From: Longimicrobiales bacterium
GTDB lineage: Bacteria; Gemmatimonadota; Gemmatimonadetes; Longimicrobiales; Gaopeijiaceae
NCBI GenBank assembly: GCA_965198065.1
Contig: CBDAON010000004.1
Coordinates: 352,001 to 416,000, forward strand
Length of the DNA: 64,000 bases
Reading direction: 5' to 3'
This document shows, piece after piece, positions 39,992 to 49,543 of the stretch. The translations under genes and the position numbers were made by a program. Below the pieces are notes generated by a model, which searched no databases, was not told the DNA's origin, and was given only the letters and a program-made list of their open reading frames with translations. The stretch's first letter is position 1. Each line of letters starts with the position of its first letter.

Positions 39992-40935
39992 ATGAAGGAG
40001 TGGCAGCAGGCCGCACGCATCACAGGCGCGCCTTGGTTCCTTCTCGTGCTCGCCGTATCCGGGTGTCTCCCGACACAGGACTCGCCCGAGGCGCAGTACA
40101 ACCTCGGTGTCATGTACGCCAGCGGCGAGGGGGTCCCTCAGGATGACGCCGAAGCCGTGCGCTGGTACCGCATGGCTGCCGAGCAGGGTCACGCCGAGGC
40201 GCAGAACAATCTTGGCGTCATGTACGACAACGGCCGGGGGGTCACTCAGGACGACGCTGAAGCCGTACGTTGGTATCGGATAGCCGCCGAGCAGGGTGAA
40301 CCCCGTGCCCAGTTCAACCTCGCGGGCATGTACGACAACGGCCGGGGGGTCACTCAGGACGACGCTGAAGCCGTACGTTGGTATCGGATAGCCGCCGAGC
40401 AGGGTGAACCCCGTGCCCAGTTCAACCTCGCGGGCATGTACGACAACGGCCGGGGGGTCACTCAGGACGACGCTGAAGCCGTACGTTGGTATCGGATAGC
40501 CGCCGAGCAGGGTGAACCCCGTGCCCAGTTCAACCTCGCGGGCATGTACGACAACGGCCGGGGGGTCACTCAGGACGACGCTGAAGCCGTACGTTGGTAT
40601 CGGATAGCCGCCGAGCAGGGCGAGGCCCGTGCACAGTACTATCTCGGGTGGATGTACGTCGGCGGCGACCCTTGGGACCAGCTCTGGCTGGGCGGCCAAG
40701 CTTCCGTTGAGCTGGCCCCGACGGTCCCGACGGACACGGTGTTGGCGCATATGTGGTTCAACATGGCCGGAGCAAACGGAGACGCACGGGCCCGAAGCGA
40801 AAGGGAGCGCCTAGAGCGATACATGACGCAGGAGGACATAGGCGCGCTACCGACTTCGCGCGCCGGTGTATTGAGTCGAGCTACCGGGAATGTGGCCCAG
40901 GGCAGCACCCGGATTCGCCGCCCTCGTCCCGATAA
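39992..40935 (+). CDS. Sel1-like repeat lipoprotein; probable frameshift at about 40840
   Basis: Lipobox VSGC; repeats AQ.NL..MY.NG.GV.QD.AEAVRWYR.AAEQG. The natural tail RATDFARRCIESSYREC is in another frame ending at 40935; the ORF as read ends at 41068. Confidence 0.85.
40219..40620 (+). repeat. 108-bp exact tandem repeat, about 3.7 copies
   Basis: Units start at 40219, 40327, 40435 and 40543. Confidence 0.93.
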
Positions 40936-41117
40936 GGCTAGCCTTGCCACCCGGGCAGAACCAGATACTTCGCGTACCCTTCGAGGCCTCCTCCGGCGAG
41001 GAGGCCGTCATCGGCTTGCCACAGCATGTTCACCTCAGCGGAGACTATTCGAGCCAGACAACGGATGAGCCTAGGAAATCGGTGGTGCCATGGCGATCAC
41101 CGATACAATCGGGACGC

Positions 41118-42586
41118 GCTGACACGGGACCCGATGCGACCCGGATTCCCGCCATTCGATGCCGTTTTCTCGCTGTTTCGGTACGCTGCAATCAGCCATC
41201 GGCCAACGGCAAGTGCGGCAGATCGTGCAGTCCCGGTTGAACTTAGACGATTACTTGCCGTAAACGCACAACTTGAATCCGATACCGTCCAAGGATTTCC
41301 GGGTAGGTGCATAACATCCAGTATTTACAACAGGTTACGTAGTTTCTTTCTTGTCTCGTTCTGCCAGCAGTGCCCTTTGCGATCCCGTTCCATCCCAGTT
41401 ATGATTGTGGGATGGATAATGTGATTCGATCTCCCGTCAAGCGCCGCCTAGGCAAGCCCAAGGGCCGCCATCCCCACAAGCGGCTCTCGACCGCCTTCGT
41501 GCGCTCGGCACCGCCCGGCAGGCACTGCGATGGCAACGGTCTCTACCTTTACGTCCAGAAGACCGGAACCCGGAGTTGGATTCAGCGGCTCGTGATCCGG
41601 GGCCGCAAGCGCGAGCTCGGACTCGGCAACGCCCAACTGGTCTTGCTCGCCGAGGCGCGGGAGCAGGCGCTGGCCAACCGCAAGCTTGCCCGCGCGGGCG
41701 GCGATCCGCTGGCCGAGAAGCGGCGTTCGGCGGGCATTCCCACCTTCGCCGAGGCCGCTAAGCGCGTCATCGAGCAGAAGAGCGCCGGATGGCGCAACGC
41801 GGCGGTGCCGAGGAACTGGTATCGCAGCTTCGAGATTCACGTCTTCCCAAGGATCGGGAGGGTGCCGGTCTCCGAGATGACGAGCGCCGACGTGCTCGAG
41901 ATCCTCACACCCATCTGGCACGCGAACCCGCCGACGGCCCGGATCGTTCGCCACCGCATCCGCGCCGTGCTGGAATGGGCCATCGCCATGGACTGGAGAA
42001 CGGACAACCCGTGCGACCGGCTCCTGCCGGTGCTCGGCTCCCAGCAACATGTCGTCAGACACCGGAAGGCCCTGCCTCACCGCGAGGTGGGGGCGGCCAT
42101 CGAGAAGGTCCGGGCGGCGAAGGCGGGCAAGGTGGACGCGCTGGCGTTCGAGTTCATGGTGCTCACGGCGGCGCGGGGCGTCGAGGTCCGCGGGGCGGTA
42201 TGGAGCGAGATCGACCGGGAGGAGCGCGTCTGGACGGTCCCCGCGAGCCGGATGAAGAGCCTGCGCGCGCACCGTGTGCCGCTGTGCGGCCGCGCGCTGG
42301 AGATTCTCGACGCGGCGCGGAAGCTGGGCGGCGGCGGGAGTCCGATCGTGTTCGTCGGCAAGCGCGGCAGAGAGGTGGGCGGCGAGCAGATGGGCCGGCT
42401 GCTCAGGAAGCACGGGATCGCGGCGGTGCCGCATGGGTTCAGGTCGTCGTTCAGAGACTGGGCCGCCGAAGAGACGGACCACCCCCGCGAAGTCGTCGAG
42501 GCGGCCCTGGCCCATGTAGTCCGGAACCCGGTCGAGGCCGCCTACATGCGCTCCGACCTGTTCGAGCGCCGCCGTCGGCTCATGGA
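41118..42586 (+). repeat. 1469-bp inverted repeat, right copy
   Basis: Matches the reverse complement of 28559-30027. Confidence 0.93.
41412..42586 (+). CDS. P4-type tyrosine integrase (Int2 second copy), 3'-truncated; reads through to 43295
   Basis: Identical to Int2 up to RRRLM and retains all catalytic residues, then runs into the antisense strand of the Ig-like gene. Confidence 0.85.
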
Positions 42587-43422
42587 CGTGGCCGCTCACG
42601 CCGTCAGTCGTCGCCGTGATGGTGGCCGACCCGTTGGCCACCGCAGTGACGAGCCCGGTGGCGCTTACGGTCGCCACGTTCACGTCCGACGAGGACCACG
42701 AAAAGACCTGTTCGGCGAGGATCTCGCTTCCATTGTCGTCCACGGCCCTGGCCACGATGGACGCTGTGCCACCGAGGCTGGTCAGCGTCAGCGCGTCCGG
42801 GGCAAGCGTGACCGCTATGACAACTTGCTCGACCGTTACAGAGGCACTCCCGGAGGACGGACCCGATCTGGCAGTGATGGTGGCCGAACCGTTGCCGACC
42901 GACGTCACGAGTCCTGTGGACGAAACCGTTGCGATCGCTTCGGCCGACGACCCCCACGTTACGACGGCACCAGCCATCGCCGTCCCGCTGGCGTCCGTGA
43001 CCGCAGCCGTGAGGCGCACCGTTTCGCCCAGGGAGGCGAACGCGACCGAGGTGGACGAAATCTCGAGGGACACGGCTACCTGCTCAACCGTGATCAGGAC
43101 ATTACCCGAGGCCGAGCCCGATCCGGCGGTGATCGTCGCAATACCGTTGCCGACCGACGTCACCAGTCCCGTGGACGAAACCGTTGCGATCGCTTCGGCC
43201 GACGACCCCCCACGTTACGGGAACACCCGTCATGGTCACCCCAATCTGATCCTTCACGCTGGCCGTCAGCTGCTGGCTGGCACCCACCGAGTTGAAGCTC
43301 AACGTGGAAGGCGACAGGTTCACCGCGGTAGCGACGGGAGGCACATCGGCCAGTCCGGTCAGTATGTCGCAAGAGGCTGTGAACAAGGACAGAACAGTGA
43401 GCGTGCAGAGGCGAGCGGACAT
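42587..43422 (-). pseudogene. Ig-like (Big_2) repeat lipoprotein, frameshifted and truncated
   Basis: Lipobox TASC; three repeats of W.SS...VATVS.TGLVT.V.NG.ATITA; C6 run at 43206-43211 versus C5 in the paralogous repeat; cut at 42586. Confidence 0.8.
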
Positions 43423-43770
43423 GTGGAGCCCTCTCGACTGGACGGGTAATCCCTCTCGGTCCAATCCGCGGGGAGGACGGCGGGTCTCTGGGAAGACAGG
43501 ATGCATCAGGGTCACGATCCGTACAAGCTTGAAGCACGCCATCTCGGCGGCGGCTAGGAAACTGAGGGAGTGCGTCGTTAGGGGACGTCCTCCCACGCTT
43601 ACGCCCGATGTGGTAGCGAGTGAGGTTGGACGGAGGCACTTAAAGGGTGCCGCAGCCGCGAACCCGCCTTGTTAAGCGAAGACGACTTCCGCTCGATCAC
43701 GACTTCTGGTTGGATCGTAAGCGTTGGGTAATCCATTGATCCCGGCGGATGCCGAGTGTGGTTGTTGAAG

Positions 43771-43854
43771 TGCCGGGGCTGGGATTCGAACCCAGAAGGG
43801 GTTGCCCCCGGGGGATTTTAAGTCCCCTGCGGTTGCCGATTTCGCCACCCCGGC
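43771..43854 (-). tRNA. trnL: tRNA-Leu(TAA)
   Basis: GCCGGGG/CCCCGGC acceptor stem, GGGGA-CTTAAAA-TCCCC anticodon arm, long variable arm, GGTTCGAATCC T-arm; no encoded CCA. Confidence 0.95.
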
Positions 43855-44198
43855 GAACACACCGTACTGTAACGACTTACGGCCCCTCGCGCTGGGCGCA
43901 CCGAACGCTCTGGGCGACGAGCCGGGTGACAAACGGGCGTCAGGAAGGTCCAGTGCGTTTCCATTCTACCCTCCCTGCGCGCGCTGGCGGAAGGGCATGA
44001 TCTTCGGCTAGCCGTGCTCGGCCGCGGCGCTCCGCACGTGCGACCGGGCAAGCGTTACGGGGGCCCCTTCTCAAGGGTGCGAGCTGTTTGACCGCGATCC
44101 TGCGTGGGCGTACTCTGCGCCTTCTCCGAGAGTCCTGGGTGGAATCGGGGGATCTCTGGTTCCACAGCCCAAGAACGAAGACATGCAAGGAGCCGTCC

Positions 44199-44445
44199 AT
44201 GAGATCCCATTTCACGCGCGTCATGCGCTGGCCGTTCGCGTTCCCGGTCGCGGCCATGCTTCTCATTGGGCGGTTGCCGGGACGCCGGCATCGCAGCACC
44301 TGAGTCGGCTGCCCTGGCCGTGCCCGAAGCTTTGCCGCTGGCCGACAAAGTCCCGCAGATCACCATCACGGACCTGGGCACGCTCGGCGGGTCCACATCC
44401 ACCGCCAACGCCATCAGTGACCGGGGCCAGGTGGTGGGATCGAGC
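44199..44445 (+). pseudogene. N-terminal fragment of a HAF-repeat extracellular lipoprotein
   Basis: AAGGAG-ATG, signal peptide, frameshift near 44270, then ITDLGTLGG..S.A.AISD.GQVVG.S. Confidence 0.6.
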
Positions 44446-44449
44446 CGGC

Positions 44450-44559
44450 TGGCGGTCTACAAAAGCGTCAGAGATCAGCTCGTCGAGCACTGAAAGTTCC
44501 TTCTTGCCAATGACCTCGTTCATAAACCTCTGATACGCCCTCTTGTTCTGCTCCGACAC
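44450..44559 (-). pseudogene. N-terminal fragment of a SnoaL-like/ester cyclase protein
   Basis: MSEQNKRAYQRFMNEVIGKKELSVLDELISDAFVD, then the similarity is lost. Confidence 0.55.
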
Positions 44560-44769
44560 GGTCTGCCTCTTGACTTAGGCTTGGGCGAATCACTTGCTAG
44601 GAGCGCAAATCAATAGGCGCCCAGTTTCTGGCCCGCAAGATCACCCGGAGACGGAGAGGGGTCACCGCACAATTTCGCTCGCTGACCCGCAACACGTGGC
44701 TCCGCCGCAACACGCAGGAGACCCCTGGAGAGACCCCCCAGGAACTGACCGGGCCTCCGCGGCCCAGGG

Positions 44770-44834
44770 TTGACTCCGACACCCAGTCCAAACTAGTTTA
44801 GTCAATCCTAATCTCATAATTAGGTTGGGCTAAA
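44770..44834 (+). promoter_or_regulatory. Promoter with two DtxR/MntR-type operators
   Basis: TTGACT at 44770; TTTAGTCAATCCTAAT (44797-44812) and ATTAGGTTGGGCTAAA (44819-44834), each TTAG-N6-CTAA. Confidence 0.75.
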
Positions 44835-45520
44835 TGACAGTGCTGTCCCAGTCCGTAGAGGACTATCTCAAGACCATTTATGGCCTGGCGCGCTCGGGGG
44901 AATCGGTGCAGACGGGTGCTCTCGCCGAGGCATTGGCGGTTGCACCAGCTTCAGTGAGTGGAATGGTCCGGCGGCTTGCCGATGCTGGATTGGTGGAACG
45001 TGCCGCCTATCGTGGCGTCAGGTTGACCGATAAAGGGCGCCGAGCAGCGCTCCGGGTCGTTCGGCGGCACCGGATCCTTGAGACCTACCTTGCCCAGGAG
45101 CTCGGGTGGGACTGGGACATCGTGCATGAGGAGGCCGAACGCCTCGAGCATGCGGCCTCCGACAAGTTGATCGAGCGGATGGCTGAGGCGCTGGATAATC
45201 CGAAATACGATCCCCATGGCGCGCCGATCCCAACCGTGCATGGGGAAGTGGAACGACAGGAGTTGGTGCCGATGACGGAGGTCGCTGTGGGGACACTTGG
45301 GGAGGTCCGACTGGTCAGCGACGATGATCCGAGTCGGCTCCGTTACATCGCGTCGCTCGGGTTCCGGGTCGGCGTGCGATTCGAGGTGTTAGAAGCGACG
45401 CCCTTCCGTGGACCGGTCACGATACGGCGTGTGGATGCTGGCGCTCGACCGCAAGTGATTGGGTTTGGGTTGGCGCAGTCGCTCTTGGCTTTGCCCTTGG
45501 GGCAGGAGGTGGCGGTATGA
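44834..45520 (+). CDS. DtxR/MntR-family metal-dependent repressor with FeoA/SH3 domain
   Basis: EDYLKTIY, RRHR.LE.YL, H.EAE.LEH and DPHGAPIP motifs. Confidence 0.93.
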   Translation: MTVLSQSVEDYLKTIYGLARSGESVQTGALAEALAVAPASVSGMVRRLADAGLVERAAYRGVRLTDKGRRAALRVVRRHRILETYLAQELGWDWDIVHEEAERLEHAASDKLIERMAEALDNPKYDPHGAPIPTVHGEVERQELVPMTEVAVGTLGEVRLVSDDDPSRLRYIASLGFRVGVRFEVLEATPFRGPVTIRRVDAGARPQVIGFGLAQSLLALPLGQEVAV

Positions 45521-46524
45521 ACGACGGTCGAATTTCGCGGCGCACGCTCCTCACCCGGGGCGCACTGGGTGCCGCCGGAGTCGTGGTGGGAAGCCGAGCG
45601 CTGAACGCCACTGAGGAACGACATCTTCCGATGACGAGCTCTTACGATCCTTCGCTGCCACTCATCAACGGCAAGGTCAGTGACTCGTCAATCGATCCGA
45701 TGGCCTTCCTCGAGCACTTCGATTACGGCAAGGCGTCGCAGTTGCCTGACGGCAGGACCCTTCGCGAGTACCAACTCACGGTGGTCGACCGCGAGATCGA
45801 GGTGGCGCCGGGGGTGAGATACGCGGCCTGGACCTTCAATGGCCAGGTGCCTGGGCCGACAATTCGTGCGTCTGAAGGCGATGTAATGCGGATACGGTTC
45901 TCGAATGCGGGAAGCCATCCCCACACCGCCCACTTCCACGGCATTCATGCGGCTGACATGGACGGGGTGTACGAAGTGATTCAACCGGGCGAGAGCTACA
46001 CCTACGAGTTCACCGCAGCGCCCGTCGGCCTCCATCTATACCACTGCCACGCTTTCCCTCTCAAGCGACACCTCGCGAAGGGCTTGTACGGGACGTTCAT
46101 CGTCGACCCCCGTACGGCACGGCCTCCTGCGCGAGAGATGGTGATGGTTATGAACGGTTTCGACACGAACTTCGACGGCTCGAACGAGACCTACGCCGTC
46201 AATACCGTGCCGTTCGCCTACCATTCCGATCCGATCCCGGTACGAAAGGGTGAACTCCAGCGGCTATACATGGTCAACGCTCTCGAGTTTGACCTGATCA
46301 ACTCGATGCATCTTCACGGCAACTTCTTCAACGTCTTCCGGACTGGAGCGCAGGCCCCATCCGAGTTCACTGACACGCTGATGTTCTGTCAGGGAGAGCG
46401 ACACATACTGGAGTTCACGTACGAGTACGCAGGAAAGTTCATGTTCCATGCTCACCAGTCGGAATTCGCCGAGCTAGGCTGGATGGGCGTCTTCAACGTG
46501 ACGGAGCAAGCGGTAGCGGAATGA
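45517..46524 (+). CDS. Tat-exported two-domain multicopper oxidase
   Basis: SRRTLL Tat motif; HTAHFHG, YHCH......H...GL, MHLHG and FHAH copper motifs. Confidence 0.88.
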   Translation: MNDGRISRRTLLTRGALGAAGVVVGSRALNATEERHLPMTSSYDPSLPLINGKVSDSSIDPMAFLEHFDYGKASQLPDGRTLREYQLTVVDREIEVAPGVRYAAWTFNGQVPGPTIRASEGDVMRIRFSNAGSHPHTAHFHGIHAADMDGVYEVIQPGESYTYEFTAAPVGLHLYHCHAFPLKRHLAKGLYGTFIVDPRTARPPAREMVMVMNGFDTNFDGSNETYAVNTVPFAYHSDPIPVRKGELQRLYMVNALEFDLINSMHLHGNFFNVFRTGAQAPSEFTDTLMFCQGERHILEFTYEYAGKFMFHAHQSEFAELGWMGVFNVTEQAVAE

Positions 46525-47672
46525 CCGGACGCCGCTGGATCTGGGGAGTCCTTCCCCTGGCGCTTCTCGCCGGGCTGGTGGTCGTGGTAACCCAGACGGG
46601 GTTGCTCGAGCGCCTACGCGGGACCTTTCCGCCGGTGGAAGACCTCACCGTCGAGCGCGTGTCACTTGCACCGGGGTCGATCACCCTCGCCGTCGTCAAC
46701 GGCGGACCAGAACCGGTGACGATCGCTCAAGTAACCGTGGATGAGGCATTTCGGCAGTTCGAGATGACCCCCTCGACCACCCTGAATCGCCTTGGGCGAG
46801 CCACAATCGTGATCCCTTACGCCTGGGTCCAGGATGAGGCTCACCTGGTCACGCTGCTGACTTCGACGGGGCTCACTTTTGAGCACGAGATCGCGCTCGC
46901 GGTAGAGACGCCGACAGCCGACGCCGGGAGTCTGGGCCTGCTCACGATGATTGGCATCTACGTCGGCGTTCTTCCGGTGGCCATCGGGCTGCTCTTCTTG
47001 CCACTGATCAGCCGGCTTTCGCGGGGGCGCTTCGAGGCCATGCTCGCACTGACGACAGGGTTGCTGATCTTTATCGGCGTCGAGGCCCTCTTCGAGGCCC
47101 TGGAGACGGCGGGCGAGGTGCCGGCTGCCTTCCAAGGCACTGCGCTGGTCTTGTTAGGGTCTCTGGGCACGTTCCTGGTGCTCCAGCTCGCCGCCGGCGC
47201 GCGCACTGTCCAGGTCGGGGCCGATGGACGTCGAGCGGTGGGGTGGTTCATCGCGCTCAGTGTGGGGCTGCATAACCTGGGCGAAGGCCTCGCGGTGGGT
47301 GCGGCCTACGCCATCGGCGAAGCCGCGCTGACCGCGTTTCTTGTGACCGGGTTCATGATCCATAACACTACTGAGGGACTCGCCATTGTCGCACCGATTG
47401 CGAAGGACAGACCCCGGATTGCGACCTTAGCCGGAATGGGCGCGCTGGCCGGCGTCCCGACGATCGTCGGCTCCTGGATCGGTGGCCTCGCCTTCACCCC
47501 GACTCTAGCGACGGTCTTCCTTGCGGTCGGTGTCGGAGCGATCGCGCAGGTCGTAGTGCTCCTCTTCCGGATGTTCAGTCAAGGTGCGGAGGGGGTATGG
47601 CGACCGGCAATCGCGGGCGGCGTGCTCGCGGGGCTGGCGATCATGTATGTGACCGGGCTTCTGGTCGGGTAG
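46521..47672 (+). CDS. ZIP-family metal transporter with N-terminal extracytoplasmic domain
   Basis: GLHNLGEGLAVG and IHNTTEG motifs; ATGA coupling to the oxidase. Confidence 0.88.
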   Translation: MTGRRWIWGVLPLALLAGLVVVVTQTGLLERLRGTFPPVEDLTVERVSLAPGSITLAVVNGGPEPVTIAQVTVDEAFRQFEMTPSTTLNRLGRATIVIPYAWVQDEAHLVTLLTSTGLTFEHEIALAVETPTADAGSLGLLTMIGIYVGVLPVAIGLLFLPLISRLSRGRFEAMLALTTGLLIFIGVEALFEALETAGEVPAAFQGTALVLLGSLGTFLVLQLAAGARTVQVGADGRRAVGWFIALSVGLHNLGEGLAVGAAYAIGEAALTAFLVTGFMIHNTTEGLAIVAPIAKDRPRIATLAGMGALAGVPTIVGSWIGGLAFTPTLATVFLAVGVGAIAQVVVLLFRMFSQGAEGVWRPAIAGGVLAGLAIMYVTGLLVG

Positions 47673-47793
47673 AGCGAGCTGAGGCGGAGATCTCACCCTG
47701 AGCCGCCTTGAGGCGAGCCTCCCGCCTCCGCTCGCTGCAAGCGACGTCGGTCGTGGAAGCGGGCCTGCCGATCGGGGAACGGTAGAGGTCGCG

Positions 47794-48774
47794 ATGCAGC
47801 GCTATCACACCGGGGCGTTCTTGCCCCTGAGCGCATGGGCCGTGTCGCTCGCGCTCGTCACCGGCTGCGCCTCGGACTCCGGCGGGGGCACCGAGGACGT
47901 GACGGGCCCCGACACTGGCCCTGACACCGGCCCGGGCACAGGCCAGCTCATCGTGCACGTGGAAGAGTTCCTTGGTTCCCTGGTCGGGAGAGACCTGGAG
48001 GACCGCGAGTTGGAGCACGTCTACGCCCTTGAACACCTCGGCGGGCCCAAGCTCTTCCGGCTTCCCCTGGCGCCGAGCAGCTACGCCTACCGCCCCATTC
48101 CCGCAGGTGGCGAGGAGCTGAGCCTCGTCGTGCACGACGGCGTGGCCTACTGGCACGATCAAGCTACGTTCTACTGGTGGCCCGTTTCGGGCGGGGACAT
48201 CGAGTCCGTGTCCGTGGGCTCCTACATCATCCAGAACGTACCTCTACCGGCGCCTCCGTACATCTACTTCGACGAGTTCATCACGGATCGCCTTTACCGG
48301 ATCCGCATGGCCGGGGGGACGCCCGAGGAGGTTGACGTCTTTCCTCTCGGTGGGAACCGGGGACTCGCCAGGGACGCCAATAACCTCTACTGGATCGGGG
48401 CCACGGATGGCTCGTACCTGAAAACGCAACCCGTGAGCGGCGGGGCCCTGCTTTCGGGCGCTGCCTTCCTCCCCCACAAGCTGAAGGCCGTCCCTGCCGA
48501 AGGCGGCACGACCACCCTGTACTGGCTAGACACCGCCACCAACGGAAACCCAGTGGTCCGGAAGTTCCCGGTCACCGCCATGATATCCTCCTCCTGCGTG
48601 TCAGACCGACAGGCGGGTCACCCCCCGTTCACATCATCCGAGCGATCAGCGGCCGCGCTTGTTCGTCGCTCAAGCCCAGCGGACGGTGCGCCAGAGGCGG
48701 CGCGTTCTCGAGGATCGGCTCCATGGCGTCCAGAGTGGGCCGCTCGGTCTGGAAGAAGAGACCGGTGTAGATAG
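47794..48774 (+). CDS. Hypothetical lipoprotein with beta-propeller-like repeats; probably truncated near 48590
   Basis: Lipobox VTGC and YW/YF repeats. The last 146 nt overlap the convergent gene. Confidence 0.55.
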   Translation: MQRYHTGAFLPLSAWAVSLALVTGCASDSGGGTEDVTGPDTGPDTGPGTGQLIVHVEEFLGSLVGRDLEDRELEHVYALEHLGGPKLFRLPLAPSSYAYRPIPAGGEELSLVVHDGVAYWHDQATFYWWPVSGGDIESVSVGSYIIQNVPLPAPPYIYFDEFITDRLYRIRMAGGTPEEVDVFPLGGNRGLARDANNLYWIGATDGSYLKTQPVSGGALLSGAAFLPHKLKAVPAEGGTTTLYWLDTATNGNPVVRKFPVTAMISSSCVSDRQAGHPPFTSSERSAAALVRRSSPADGAPEAARSRGSAPWRPEWAARSGRRDRCR

Positions 48775-49543
48775 TGTCTCCCCACTCCATGGCCCGCTCG
48801 CAGGCGCTCTTCCAGTCCTGGGGATCGTGACCCTCGTCCTCCAGCTTCTTCAGGCGCCGCTTGAAGAACGCGTAGTCGTTATCGAGGTTGAACGTGACAC
48901 AGGGGCTGAAGACGTCGATCAGGGAGAACCCTCGGTGTTCGATGCCGCGCTTCATCAGCGTCGTGAGCTGCTTGGGATCGCCGCTGTAGCCGCGGGCCAC
49001 GTAGGTGGCGCCGTTCATGATCGAAGAGGTGAGCGGGTTCAGGGGCCACTCCACGCTCCCCTGCGGCGTGCTCTTGGTCTTCATATCCATCCGGCTGGTG
49101 GGAGAGACCTGGCCGGTGGTGAGACCGTAGATCTGATTGTCCATCACGATATAGGTGAGGTCGATATTGCGGCGGGCGGTGTGGGTGAGGTGATTGCCGC
49201 CGATGCCGAAGCCGTCGCCGTCCCCGCCCGTGATAATCACCGTGAGCTCGTGGTTCGCGAGCTTGGCTCCCGTGGCCACCGGGAGAGACCGGCCGTGCAG
49301 CGTATGCATGCCGTAGGCGTTGACGTAGCCGGGAAGGTTCGACGAGCAACCGATGCCACTCACCAGGAGCATCTGGTGCGGCTTTAGGCCGAGCTCGAAG
49401 CAGGCGCGCCGCAGGGCGTTCAGCACCCCGAAGTCTCCACAGCCGGGGCACCAGTCGGGCTCCACCCGGCCCTTGAAGTCCTTGGGAGAGGCGGGGGTCC
49501 GGGGCAGCTGCGCGGTGGGCGGACTCAGAGTCGCCTGGCTCAT
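48629..49543 (-). CDS. 2-oxoacid:ferredoxin oxidoreductase beta subunit
   Basis: WCPGCGD, SGIGCS, HGR, GDGD...N.IYGLT.GQ.SPT and SPCVTF motifs. Confidence 0.95.
   Translation of the reverse strand: MSQATLSPPTAQLPRTPASPKDFKGRVEPDWCPGCGDFGVLNALRRACFELGLKPHQMLLVSGIGCSSNLPGYVNAYGMHTLHGRSLPVATGAKLANHELTVIITGGDGDGFGIGGNHLTHTARRNIDLTYIVMDNQIYGLTTGQVSPTSRMDMKTKSTPQGSVEWPLNPLTSSIMNGATYVARGYSGDPKQLTTLMKRGIEHRGFSLIDVFSPCVTFNLDNDYAFFKRRLKKLEDEGHDPQDWKSACERAMEWGDTIYTGLFFQTERPTLDAMEPILENAPPLAHRPLGLSDEQARPLIARMM

Larger units (their letters stand above)
26500..43770. mobile_element. Mosaic genomic island adjacent to the tRNA-Leu 3' end
   Basis: Three integrase genes, defence-like cargo, pseudogenes and lower-GC patches. 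Right border is the tRNA 3' end; left border is approximate. Confidence 0.7.

Noticed and set aside
40219..40620. CRISPR array
   Set aside because: Units are 108-bp in-frame coding repeats with no unique spacers, and no cas genes are present.
27172..42586. Integron with cassette array
   Set aside because: The integrases have a P4-type arm domain, unlike IntI, and I saw no recurring attC-like sites between cargo genes.
41370..43295. 641-aa integrase with a novel C-terminal domain, and the 571-aa Ig fusion on the opposite strand
   Set aside because: Both extensions are antisense read-through across the 42586 breakpoint.
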